In this document: positions 47,932 to 56,597 of the stretch, in pieces
How positions within the stretch are numbered: the first letter of the stretch is position 1
Layout of the letters: each line of letters begins with the position of its first letter
From: an uncultured Chthonomonas sp.
Lineage (GTDB): Bacteria; Armatimonadota; Chthonomonadetes; Chthonomonadales; CAJBBX01
Assembly (NCBI GenBank): GCA_903885605.1
Contig: CAISJD010000118.1
Coordinates: forward strand, 2,182-66,181
Length of the DNA: 64,000 nucleotides
Direction of reading: 5' to 3'
The notes under the pieces: model-generated
Told to the model about the DNA's origin: nothing
The model's database searches: none
The model's input: only the letters and a program-made list of their open reading frames with translations
Position numbers and translations under genes: made by a program

Positions 47932-50112
47932 CTACGCCACCAGGACGCAGCCCAGCGCCGGGATCGTCACCTGGCCGGTTGCCGGCGGCAGGGGCGCCCG
48001 GGAGGCCTCCCGGCCCATCGTATGGACCATTGCGCCCTCCGGCAGGCGCGCGTCGTTGAGGCGGACCGTCTGGGGCTCGTTGGTCCAGTTGGCGAGGACG
48101 ACGCCGTGCCTACCGTCCGGCGCCGTCCAGGCGGAGTGGGCCACGGCGGGTAGCTCGTGCCGGCGTCCGGGGCGCTCCCAACGGCGCACCTCGATCCCCT
48201 GCACGTCGGCCGGGCGCTGCATCCGCCCGTAGACCAGGAAGGGCCGGGCCGGGCCTCGGCGCAGCGCCGTGACGGTGCGCATCATCTCCAGTGAGTCGTC
48301 GTCGCTCCCCACCTTGGGCTCCCACTCGGCCCAGTTGATGGTGTCGCGGTTCAGCAGCGTGCCGTCGCCCGTGAGCACGCCGCCGGTGATCTCGCCCAGC
48401 ACGAGGTTCCATGCGCTTCGGACCGCCATGGAGACGGGCTCGGGGCCGAAGCTCATCATCCCGTGCAGGATGGCGCACTCGTGGTAGAGGTACTGGTAGA
48501 CCGGCACGAAGTCGGCCAGGCCCGAGGTGGGCGGGCTCACGCGGACGTCGCTCTGCTGGAACAGGGGCAGGCAGGTCTCGTTGCAGGGCATCTCCGTGGA
48601 GTGGATCACCCCGGCCTCGCCCGCCCGCGCGTCCACCTCGCGGAACTCGCGCATCATGCGGCGCATGGCCTCCGCCATCCATTTGCCGGGGATGCGCGGG
48701 TGGCCGTGGTCGGTGGCGTAGCAGGGGAAGGTCGCCGCGTTGCAGTTCTGGTCGAAGAACTGGATCGACTCCATCCCCCACCCCACCAGCCGCTCCACGA
48801 AGTCCGTGGCGATGCGTCGGGTCATGTCGTTGTCCATGCACTGGATGTAGCTGGGCCGCCAGCCCTGATCCCACTGCTCGGGCCAGAGCGCGCCGTCGGC
48901 CTGCCGCGAGACGCTCCGCCGGCCCTCGTTCTCGGCGAAGTAGGCGTCGCCCTCGTAGCCGTTGAAGAGGTGCCGCGTGACCCAGCGCGTGCCGTTGCAG
49001 AACGAGCCCACATGCCAGCCGCGCTCCCGCGCCATGGCGGCGAAGCGGGCCATCGACGCATCTCCGCCGATGGGCGGGAAGCAGTCGGGATAGACCCACG
49101 GGCCGCCCCGCTCCCAGGACATGAGCACGGCCACCAGCGGCGCCTCCACGCGGCCCGCCACGACCTCCAGCAGGGGAATGCACTTCTCGTAGGGCAGGAA
49201 CGCCTTGATGGGCGGCGCCACGCCGTCGTCTACGTAACCCTGCAGGCGGATCGTGATGTGCGGCGGCGAGTCGAGGAGCCACTCGGGCACGTCGGTGCGG
49301 GCGGTGAGCGGCGTGGCCCAGGCCTGCTGCAAGGCCCAACCGCGGTAGAGCTCCGCCGCGTCGTACCAGTCGCCCTCGAAGCTGCCCAGCAGCACCCGGT
49401 ACTCCAACGTCCGGGCGCCCGCGGGCCAGTCGCCGATGTGCGCGATCCCAAGCCGCACGCCCTCGCCCGCGCGGACCGGCCGGAATAGCTTGACGTTGGC
49501 CTCGGTGTCGTCGCAGGCAAGGTAGACCCCGGCGCCCTGAGCGTAGGCGGCCATGAACTGCGCGAAGCTGCGGCCGGGGTAGTGGGGGGAGCTGCCGTTG
49601 GCCACAGAGAGGCGCCAGAGCTCGGGCGCGTCCTCCGGCAATCCCTCCAGCGCCGGACCCCGCAGCAGCGATCCGAAGGCCGAGGGGTCCAGCACGGCCA
49701 GATCTGGACGCTGGGCGCAGACGACGAAAGGAAACTGCAGGTCGACGAGGTCCATGCCGGTCCCGTTGCGCACCTCGGCGGTCCATCGGGAGTAGCGATC
49801 ATCGGGTGACGCGGCCACGCGGAGGGTGACATCCAGGTCAAGGCCGCCGACCTGCGCGAAGGCCAGCGAGAGGGTGGCTGAGCCGCCATCGCCGTGGTCG
49901 AGCCGAGCCTCCGGTGGCGGCGACTGCCGGGAGTCGGCGGTGACGAATGCGCCGTCGGCGGTGAGCAGGTTCAGGGCGAAGGACGGCAGGCCGTCGCCCG
50001 GAGCCAGCAGCTCGACATCGGGAGCCGTGAGCGGGCGCATGGAGGCCAGTCGGCCCGTGGCCTCGTCGAAGCGCAGCACGTCGCAGGCGGTGGTCAGGCT
50101 CAGTTCGGGCAT
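47932..50112 (-). CDS. Cytoplasmic glycoside-hydrolase-like protein of unassigned family (726 aa)
   Basis: Inner ATG 50112 with GGAGG 8 nt upstream. No signal peptide. A beta-sandwich-like N-terminus is followed by a TIM-barrel-like core (DWYDAAELYRGWA, SIQFFDQNCN). It lies directly downstream of the membrane-protein paralog. Confidence 0.6.
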   Translation of the reverse strand: MPELSLTTACDVLRFDEATGRLASMRPLTAPDVELLAPGDGLPSFALNLLTADGAFVTADSRQSPPPEARLDHGDGGSATLSLAFAQVGGLDLDVTLRVAASPDDRYSRWTAEVRNGTGMDLVDLQFPFVVCAQRPDLAVLDPSAFGSLLRGPALEGLPEDAPELWRLSVANGSSPHYPGRSFAQFMAAYAQGAGVYLACDDTEANVKLFRPVRAGEGVRLGIAHIGDWPAGARTLEYRVLLGSFEGDWYDAAELYRGWALQQAWATPLTARTDVPEWLLDSPPHITIRLQGYVDDGVAPPIKAFLPYEKCIPLLEVVAGRVEAPLVAVLMSWERGGPWVYPDCFPPIGGDASMARFAAMARERGWHVGSFCNGTRWVTRHLFNGYEGDAYFAENEGRRSVSRQADGALWPEQWDQGWRPSYIQCMDNDMTRRIATDFVERLVGWGMESIQFFDQNCNAATFPCYATDHGHPRIPGKWMAEAMRRMMREFREVDARAGEAGVIHSTEMPCNETCLPLFQQSDVRVSPPTSGLADFVPVYQYLYHECAILHGMMSFGPEPVSMAVRSAWNLVLGEITGGVLTGDGTLLNRDTINWAEWEPKVGSDDDSLEMMRTVTALRRGPARPFLVYGRMQRPADVQGIEVRRWERPGRRHELPAVAHSAWTAPDGRHGVVLANWTNEPQTVRLNDARLPEGAMVHTMGREASRAPLPPATGQVTIPALGCVLVA

Positions 50113-50175
50113 GGTGGCGGCCTCCGGGCTCGGATGTGCCCCGAGCATACCCAAGGCACGCGTGCGAATGCCGGA

Positions 50176-52128
50176 TCAGGGCCAGAACTCGTAGGCCCGG
50201 AACCCGCGGGCGATGCCCACGAGGGTCCATCCCGCGCCGACGAGCATGTCGCCGAGGATCACACCCAGCGCGAAAGGAGCCGCCAACCGGTAGAGCCGCA
50301 GGCCGCCGAAACGCATGACGATCCCCTTCAGGACGCTGCCGATCATGATGGGGAGCCATATCTGCGTGAGCCCCCACGAATTGGCCACCGCGTAGCCCAG
50401 CGGGTGGAACGGGAACCAGGCGAACCTCGACCGGAGCAGGCTCAGCACCAGCGCGATGCCCATGCCGGCGCCTGCGGCGGTCATGGCGGGTTCGTTGCGG
50501 CGGCCACCCAACTGGAACCACTCGTGAACTCGGCCGAAGTTCTCAAGCGGAAAGGAGCGAGGCCACTGCTCCACGGCGGCGGTGGCGGCGCCGTACTGGT
50601 AGATGCCGTGCAGGTAGCTCCAGAACATGCCCACCGCCCCAACCGCGGCCGCGAGCATCATGGCCCGGGCCAGGTCGCGCTGCGACAGGCCGGACGCATC
50701 GGCCATCTTCATACCCTCCAGCTGGTGCGGCAGCGGGTTGGCGAAGTAGGTCCGGTTGAACCAGTAGGTAAGGCCGAACAGGGCCAGCGTCCTCGGTCCC
50801 AGCGCAGCCGGCCCGAATGAGGCGAGGAGCAGGTTGGCCGGGCCCACGTTGTGCATATCGTGGATCGGCAGGCCGAACTCCGCACGGAGGCGGCCGATCA
50901 CCAGCGTCAGGGCCAGGTAGATCACGAAGAAGATCAGCGCGACCCAGGCCGGCATCCCCGCGGCCACGAGGAACGCGCAGAGCAGCAGCAGGCCGATCCC
51001 GCCGCCAACGAACGCGGTGCGATAGGCCATGGGCTCCTGCTCATCGCCACGGGCGCCGGGCCGCCGGGACCAGGCGGAGGCCCATGCCTCGGCCAGATGC
51101 CGCCTGCCCGACCATAGCGCCATGATGCAGACCACCATGTAGGCCCCGAACGCCTGCGCGCTCTCGTAGGGCGCCACCGAGTCGAAGCCGGCGCCGGACG
51201 AGAAGACCTGCTCCTGCCCCAGCGCCGCCACGGCGACCAACTCCAGCTTGTAGAGCAGGTAGAAGGCCCAGAGCGAGAGGGATAGCTCGAACGGCATGAG
51301 GAACGCGAGACCCGCCGCGAAGGGGTAGAAGCTGATCTTCACTACGCCGATCCCGGTCCATGGCGCCGAGACGAAGAGGCTCTGGACCTCCTGCCGCTTG
51401 ATGGGGATCATGGGAATCCAGGGCATCAGGTACGCGGCGCCGTTGTAGAGCCCAAGCAGCGCGGCGAAGGCCAGACCGAACGCCAGCGGCCTGCTGCGCC
51501 AGAACGCCGCGCCGGAGGTCATCTCGATAGGCAGTTGCGCCGTGGGATAGTTCAGGCGCTCGGCGCTGGTCCACTGCCGCCGCATGAGCGCGCTGAGGCA
51601 GAGCATGGTCCAGAGCAGGACCACGGTGAAGAGGACCCAGGCCAGGCAGGGCACGACCCAGGGACGCCAGTTTTCCGGACGGTAGAGCGACGACCAGCCG
51701 TCGTAGAAGTTGCGCACGGCGGTGGGGTCCGAAACCGTGAGCCACCGCGGCAGGTGCGGCACGAACGAGCCGGCCCAGCGGTTGCGGCCGTCGGCGAACC
51801 GCGTGGGGTACGGGAGGAACGAGACGAGCAACTGCCCCATCTGTTGCGCGCCCAGCGCTGAGCCGATGCAGACCATGGCGAAGATGGCCAGCTGCTCGCC
51901 GCGGTGCAACGGCGCCGTGCGCGACGGCGAGACGCGGCCCGCCACGGCGTTGAGCGCGAGCAGGACCGCCAGCGTGAAGAGCGCGTTGCAGAAGGGGACG
52001 ACGTTGGTGAAGAGCGACCAGCGCACCAACTCCACCTGCACCAGCCACATCTGGTTCAGCGCGATTGCCAGAACGCCGACCACGTAGGCGCGCGGGCGAA
52101 GACGCAACGCACCAGCCGCCATGACCAT
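50176..52128 (-). CDS. Uncharacterised polytopic inner-membrane protein (650 aa), paralog of 9262..11232
   Basis: Clean ORF with GGAGGAGGAGG upstream of ATG 52128. Hydrophobic segments run throughout, and the shared blocks are listed under 9262..11232. Confidence 0.8.
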   Translation of the reverse strand: MVMAAGALRLRPRAYVVGVLAIALNQMWLVQVELVRWSLFTNVVPFCNALFTLAVLLALNAVAGRVSPSRTAPLHRGEQLAIFAMVCIGSALGAQQMGQLLVSFLPYPTRFADGRNRWAGSFVPHLPRWLTVSDPTAVRNFYDGWSSLYRPENWRPWVVPCLAWVLFTVVLLWTMLCLSALMRRQWTSAERLNYPTAQLPIEMTSGAAFWRSRPLAFGLAFAALLGLYNGAAYLMPWIPMIPIKRQEVQSLFVSAPWTGIGVVKISFYPFAAGLAFLMPFELSLSLWAFYLLYKLELVAVAALGQEQVFSSGAGFDSVAPYESAQAFGAYMVVCIMALWSGRRHLAEAWASAWSRRPGARGDEQEPMAYRTAFVGGGIGLLLLCAFLVAAGMPAWVALIFFVIYLALTLVIGRLRAEFGLPIHDMHNVGPANLLLASFGPAALGPRTLALFGLTYWFNRTYFANPLPHQLEGMKMADASGLSQRDLARAMMLAAAVGAVGMFWSYLHGIYQYGAATAAVEQWPRSFPLENFGRVHEWFQLGGRRNEPAMTAAGAGMGIALVLSLLRSRFAWFPFHPLGYAVANSWGLTQIWLPIMIGSVLKGIVMRFGGLRLYRLAAPFALGVILGDMLVGAGWTLVGIARGFRAYEFWP

Positions 52129-52251
52129 GGGCGCATCCTCCTCCTCCAGCGAGTGTAAGCCACCGGGCCCAAGCTGTCAAGCGGCAGGGGCGGTGCGGGA
52201 GATGGTGTCATGGCTTTTGGTGGCACGGACAGCCACCGGAGGAGGGGTCCC

Positions 52252-52518
52252 GTGACCACCGAAACGACACCCCGTGCCCTGACGGTGCGGCTTCCAGCAG
52301 ACCTCTACGCCGCCGCCGCCGCCCTGGCCCGACGGAGGCGCCAGAGCATCAACGCCCTGCTACAGGACAGCCTTACCTCTACGGTGCGGACTGCCGAGGA
52401 CCACGAGCTCTACGAGGCCTTCCAGCGGTTCGGGGCCCATCCTGACGGCGATGTGACATATGCCGACCAGGCCCAGGCCGAGCTCGCCATGGCAGTTGAG
52501 GTTGCGGATGGCCCCTGA
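52252..52518 (+). CDS. Ribbon-helix-helix-type antitoxin (module 1)
   Basis: GTG 52252, 6 nt after GGAGGAGG. ALTVRLPADLYAAAAALARRRRQSINALLQDSL is RHH-like. Its 3' end overlaps the toxin start by 11 nt. Confidence 0.65.
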   Translation: MTTETTPRALTVRLPADLYAAAAALARRRRQSINALLQDSLTSTVRTAEDHELYEAFQRFGAHPDGDVTYADQAQAELAMAVEVADGP

Positions 52519-52876
52519 CTCCGCAGGCGCGCCCCTTCGGCGCGGGCAAATCTACTGTATCGACTGGGAGCCTGCCCGAGGGGAAGAGCAACACGGCAGA
52601 CGGCCGGGCCTCATCGTGCAGGCCGACCCGATCAACGCAAGCAGTACCTACGGCAACACGATCATCGTGGCGATCACCACAGCCGACCATGCGGTGCCGA
52701 CCCACGTGGCGCTCAGCCCGACACCTGAGAACGGCCTGAACCAACGCTCATTCGCCATGTGTGAGCACCTGATCACGGTCGCGCGAGGTCGACTGAGAGC
52801 CTGTACCGGATCGGTGGACGCCGCCACGATGGGCCAGGTCGATCGGGCGCTGAAGCGTGCCCTGGGGCTGAAGTAG
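52508..52876 (+). CDS. mazF: MazF/PemK-family toxin (mRNA interferase), module 1
   Basis: Inner ATG 52508. LRRGQIYCIDWEPARGEEQHGRRPGLIVQADPIN...IIVAITT matches the PemK pattern. Confidence 0.8.
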   Translation: MAPDSAGAPLRRGQIYCIDWEPARGEEQHGRRPGLIVQADPINASSTYGNTIIVAITTADHAVPTHVALSPTPENGLNQRSFAMCEHLITVARGRLRACTGSVDAATMGQVDRALKRALGLK

Positions 52877-52884
52877 GTGCGGTT

Positions 52885-52976
52885 TTGGCTGCGCTGCCAG
52901 GTTGAAGGTCGTATTGGCGGCGGCGGCCTCCAACCTGGTATCGCCGGCCGAGCCTGCCGTCGCAGACCAGGCTCCG
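52885..52976 (-). pseudogene. Relic 3' end of an Ig-repeat gene homologous to 53722..55194
   Basis: The minus strand reads GAWSATAGSAGDTRLEAAAANTTFNLAAQ. The C-terminus of the 53722 gene reads GAHTATSAFAGDAWYEAIAANTTFNVVP*. A DNA block, gttgaaggtcgtRttggcggcg, is shared at 52901 and 53734. The relic has no stop or start of its own. Confidence 0.55.
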
Positions 52977-53294
52977 CTACCCCAAGCTCAACGCGAAGCG
53001 AATGGCGGCCTCGACTTCGTTCATCTTCTGCCGGCTCAGTGGTGCGATGCGGTCGCGGAGGGTGGCCTTACTCATGGTCTGCAGGGAGTCCAGGTCTACC
53101 ACGCACGGCTTCGGCAAACCGTCCTCCGGGCCGAGACGCACCTCCGTAGGTATGTCGCGGGCCCGCGTGGTGATCGGCGCCACCGTCACATTCGCCCGGA
53201 CGGCTATGACGGGGTCTCGTGTCAGCACGAGCACTGGGCGTCTGCCGATCGGACCGGGCAGGTCTGCCCACCAGACCTCGCCACGGCGTATCAC
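52977..53294 (-). CDS. mazF: MazF/PemK-family toxin, module 2
   Basis: GTG 53294 (or 53297) overlaps the antitoxin stop (GTGA). IRRGEVWWADLPGPIGRRPVLVLTRD...VTVAPITT matches the PemK pattern. Confidence 0.8.
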   Translation of the reverse strand: MIRRGEVWWADLPGPIGRRPVLVLTRDPVIAVRANVTVAPITTRARDIPTEVRLGPEDGLPKPCVVDLDSLQTMSKATLRDRIAPLSRQKMNEVEAAIRFALSLG

Positions 53295-53542
53295 CACTCC
53301 GACGCGGCAAGGGCCGAGCCGCCGAGGGCGCCCCATGCCAGCTCGGGTTCGGTCTCCGGCTGGGCCGCGTAGCCGGCCACCGTGCGGGCCAAGTCGTACC
53401 GTTCACGCTCCTCTCGGAGCAGGGCCTCGACGGCGCGGCGGAAGTAGTCGCTCCTGGTCTCGCGGGAGGCGGCTCGGCGCTCCTCCACCTCTCGCAGTGT
53501 GCAGTCGGGCAAGCTGATGCTGATCTTCACGCTCGTGGCCAT
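53291..53542 (-). CDS. CopG/RHH-type antitoxin, module 2
   Basis: Inner ATG 53542 with TAGGAGG upstream. VKISISLPDCTLREVEERRAASRETRSDYFRRAVEALL is an RHH fold motif. Confidence 0.75.
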   Translation of the reverse strand: MATSVKISISLPDCTLREVEERRAASRETRSDYFRRAVEALLREERERYDLARTVAGYAAQPETEPELAWGALGGSALAASEW

Positions 53543-53545
53543 GGT

Positions 53546-53576
53546 TCCTACCATCCTCCTACTGCCATCCTACCAT
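53546..53576 (-). promoter_or_regulatory. Direct repeat ATGGTAGGA x2 (22-nt spacing) upstream of antitoxin 2, candidate autoregulation operator
   Basis: tcctaccat occurs at 53546..53554 and 53568..53576 on the plus strand. The repeats bracket the SD sequence. Confidence 0.25.
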
Positions 53577-53674
53577 AGCGTCCCGGCTGTTGCGCTACGG
53601 AGAGAGGGCCTCAGGACAGGGCAGCAGGGGTGTTTGTATGGCCTGGCCTCCCGGCAGGCTCCTGGCGCTGAAGC

Positions 53675-53701
53675 AGGGGCGGCTTGGGCTGCGCCGCCCC
53701 T
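53675..53701 (-). terminator. Hairpin terminator candidate after the Ig-repeat gene
   Basis: aggggcggc-(9 nt)-gccgcccct forms a 9-bp perfect stem 20 nt downstream of the stop at 53722. No clear U-tract. Confidence 0.4.
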
Positions 53702-53721
53702 TCGTCATCGGCTCAACGGCG

Positions 53722-55194
53722 CTACGGCACCACGTTGAAGGTCGTGTTGGCGGCGATGGCCTCGTACCAAGCATCGCCTGCAAAGGCGGAAGTCGCCGTA
53801 TGGGCTCCGCTGGGTTCGCCGGCGGGGATGGCCCATATGGCGGTGGCCCAGCCGTCGGCCCCGACTGAGACGGTCTGCACCTCGGTCCCGTTAACGCTGA
53901 ACTTAATGGACTTGCCGGGTTGGATCGCGTAGTCCGGCAGGCTGCGGACATAGGCCTTCAGCGGATGGCTTGTGCCCGCCTTGCCGGTGCGGGCGTAGGG
54001 CCAGATGTACAGGATGCCCTTCAGCACGGTTAGGCTGCCGACGTTGGCGGAAGCAAGGTACCCGCCATCGCCCGCAAACTCGCCGCGAATCACGCGGACG
54101 CCGGCGCCGGAGCCCTCCGGCACTGTGTACCCCAGTTGGGCGCAACCATTGGCCCGCGTGGTATCGGTGCCGATCGCGGCGCCGTCCACCTTGATCGTCA
54201 TCACCTTGCCACCGACCGGCGTGTTGTCGGTCTGGAAGAGGAATGCCTTGGGCACGGTGTAGGTCTTGACCCTGCCGCTGCGGTCGGGCACGTAGGCCTT
54301 GGTCGCCACGGTGTCGGCAGTAACGGTGGCGGTGTCGGAGCAGGGCCCGTACTGGACGTCACCGGCGAATTCCGCGCTCAGGACGCGGGAGGCGGGTCCG
54401 TCCGTGATGGTCCAGGCCAGGGACGCGTCACCGGAAGGGTCGGTAACGGCGCTCCCCACATCGGTGCCGTCGATGCGGAACGTGACGCTGCTGCCGCTGA
54501 GGAAGGCGTTGTCGGTCAGCCGCCGGAGATCGTAGGCACGGAGGTATACCGGCCGCGTGATGATGCCGCGGCTGTCTGCGGCCCACAGGGCGGTAGGCGT
54601 CGCGGCGGTCGCTGTCACGCGGAGGTTCACGGGCGTGTTGTCGAAGTAGAAGCTCCCGAGGGCCCCTACCGATAGGTCCAGGGTATCGCCGGCCTTCATC
54701 GTAATGGCGTACTCCGTATACGAGCCGGCCGACGCGGTGGATGCGACGTACTGGAGCGACGTGGTGGAGTTCAGCAGCAGCCATGCATCGGTATCGCTGG
54801 AGTCTCCGGGCCCCCACTCCATGACCGCGTCGTAGGTCCCGTCGACGGGCGCGATGAAGCGGATGGTCGCGTACTCGCCGTTGGGCCCGGGATGCAACGC
54901 TGCCTCGCCGGCGCCAATCCCGTAGACCGAACCTGATGAGGTGTTCTTCCAGCATGAAGGCGTGCCAAGGGCGAGGTTGTGTTGCCAGACCGGCCCGTAG
55001 GATCCCTCAACATACTCGTCGAACAGCAGCAATGCGCTGCCAGGCGTCGCCGTGTACCCATAGCTCCATACCCCGTTGGGGTTCGGCGAACCGGAGACGA
55101 AGTCGGCGGCGGCGTCATAGGCCTGAGCGCGGATGGGCAGGAACGCAAGAGCCACGAGAAGAGCGGCAGCGGCACGACGGATAACGGGTAACAC
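53722..55194 (-). CDS. Secreted protein with an N-terminal lectin-like domain and three Ig-like repeats
   Basis: GTG 55194, 9 nt after AGGAGG. Signal peptide VLPVIRRAAAALLVALAFLPIRAQA. Three repeats each end in an xFAGDxxY motif: AEFAGDVQY, GEFAGDGGY and SAFAGDAWY. Confidence 0.7.
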   Translation of the reverse strand: MLPVIRRAAAALLVALAFLPIRAQAYDAAADFVSGSPNPNGVWSYGYTATPGSALLLFDEYVEGSYGPVWQHNLALGTPSCWKNTSSGSVYGIGAGEAALHPGPNGEYATIRFIAPVDGTYDAVMEWGPGDSSDTDAWLLLNSTTSLQYVASTASAGSYTEYAITMKAGDTLDLSVGALGSFYFDNTPVNLRVTATAATPTALWAADSRGIITRPVYLRAYDLRRLTDNAFLSGSSVTFRIDGTDVGSAVTDPSGDASLAWTITDGPASRVLSAEFAGDVQYGPCSDTATVTADTVATKAYVPDRSGRVKTYTVPKAFLFQTDNTPVGGKVMTIKVDGAAIGTDTTRANGCAQLGYTVPEGSGAGVRVIRGEFAGDGGYLASANVGSLTVLKGILYIWPYARTGKAGTSHPLKAYVRSLPDYAIQPGKSIKFSVNGTEVQTVSVGADGWATAIWAIPAGEPSGAHTATSAFAGDAWYEAIAANTTFNVVP

Positions 55195-55319
55195 AGTCCC
55201 AAACCTCCTGATGCGTGCTGTGGTTGATGGCCGTATGTACGTGCGCGAGCCGCCACCTGCTCCTGACATAGGTGCATCCGCCACCTGTCCGAGGGCTACA
55301 ATCTGGGGGGAGAACCACC

Positions 55320-56003
55320 ATGCCACGTTCCGGGGTCCGATCACTGCCGCTCTGCGTTGCCACGGCGGCCCTGATCTCGTTGACCGTGCCGCTGCGGGCC
55401 GCATGCCAGGCCGCCGTGCGGCCGTTGCCGAAGCCTGTTACGACCGGCGGAATGGCGCTGAATGAGGCGCTGGCACGGCGGCGCTCCTGCAGGGCGTTCA
55501 CCGACACGCCGGTGACCCTCCAGCAGATCAGCCAGGTCTGCTGGGCCGCCCAGGGCGTCACCGAGCCGGTGAAGGGGCTCCGCACCGCGCCGGCCGCCAT
55601 GGCGCTCTACGCCGTTCGGCTCTTCGTGGTGGATCGGACCGGCATGGCTGAGTACCTGCCGAAGGTACACGCCCTGCGCACGGTCCGTGACGGCGACCTG
55701 CTCCCCGCGGCCCGTGCGCTGGCGCTGAACCCGGCGACATCGGGCGAGCCGCCGGTGGTGCTGCTGCTCTGTATTGATCCCGCGGCGTTGCAGGCCCGGG
55801 CGGGCGCCAAGGCCGAGCGGTTCGCGCTGCTGGAGGCAGGCCACGTGACCCAGAACATCCTCCTGCAGGTGACAGCGCTCGGCCTCGCAAGCGTCCCGGT
55901 GGGAGGCGTCGATGAGGCGAAGGCCAGCGAGGCGCTCAGACTGCCCGAGGGAGTGCGCGCGGTCTACGCGATGCCCGTGGGCAAGGCGAGAACCGAACGC
56001 TGA
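55320..56003 (+). CDS. SagB-type/nitroreductase-family protein with signal peptide
   Basis: Inner ATG 55320 follows a G-rich SD. Motifs RRSCRAF, VCWAAQGVT and LEAGHVTQNILLQ. Confidence 0.75.
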   Translation: MPRSGVRSLPLCVATAALISLTVPLRAACQAAVRPLPKPVTTGGMALNEALARRRSCRAFTDTPVTLQQISQVCWAAQGVTEPVKGLRTAPAAMALYAVRLFVVDRTGMAEYLPKVHALRTVRDGDLLPAARALALNPATSGEPPVVLLLCIDPAALQARAGAKAERFALLEAGHVTQNILLQVTALGLASVPVGGVDEAKASEALRLPEGVRAVYAMPVGKARTER

Positions 56004-56027
56004 CATGGGCGCGGGCAGGGCATCGCC

Positions 56028-56489
56028 TCAGAAGCGGAAGCCTACGCTCACCTCCGGCAGGAAGGGCGCCACATCGTCGCCGCCCATCGGGACCATGGCG
56101 CCGAAGCGACCCGAGATGCCGTTCTTGTGGCGAGATACGTAGAAGACGCCCGGCGCGAAGTAGGCGCCCGAGCCGGTACCGATCCGGAGGTTGTAGGCGA
56201 GCCCGGCGTTCCCGCCTTGCGGCGTCGCCACCGCCTCGGCGATGAAGCCGGTTCGGACCACGTCGAGGTTGGAGAACGCAGGGCTCTCCGAGCGGTTCCG
56301 GTAGACCATGCCGCTACCAAGCCCGATCGAGAGCTTGCCGTCGCGGTCCGCCGGCATATGGACGACCAGCGGCGCTCCCAGCCATAGCGTCGGGTGGAGC
56401 GCCCCGCCGCTTGCCTGCTCGGCGCGGGCGACGCCCATCACCAGCAGACATCCGGCGACTGCGAGTACGCACGCGAAAACTCTAGCCAT
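56028..56489 (-). CDS. Small outer-membrane beta-barrel-like protein
   Basis: Inner ATG 56489 with GGAGAGGAG upstream. Signal peptide MARVFACVLAVAGCLLVMGVARA. Gly-rich alternating pattern and C-terminal VSVGFRF ending in F. Confidence 0.55.
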   Translation of the reverse strand: MARVFACVLAVAGCLLVMGVARAEQASGGALHPTLWLGAPLVVHMPADRDGKLSIGLGSGMVYRNRSESPAFSNLDVVRTGFIAEAVATPQGGNAGLAYNLRIGTGSGAYFAPGVFYVSRHKNGISGRFGAMVPMGGDDVAPFLPEVSVGFRF

Positions 56490-56597
56490 CGCGCTTCTCC
56501 TCTCCGAGGTGATAGCCGATTCTAACACCCACGCCGGGCGATGCAATGGTGATTTGCCTCGCGCGCGCGCCGCCCTCGCAGTGTCGCGCGGCTCCGG

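Noticed and set aside
52129-53721. Calling the TA island a mobile element.
   Set aside because: No integrase, transposase or recombinase gene is present, and there are no terminal inverted repeats. The only flanking repeat is a diverged gene fragment. I report it as TA modules plus a relic, not as a defined mobile element.
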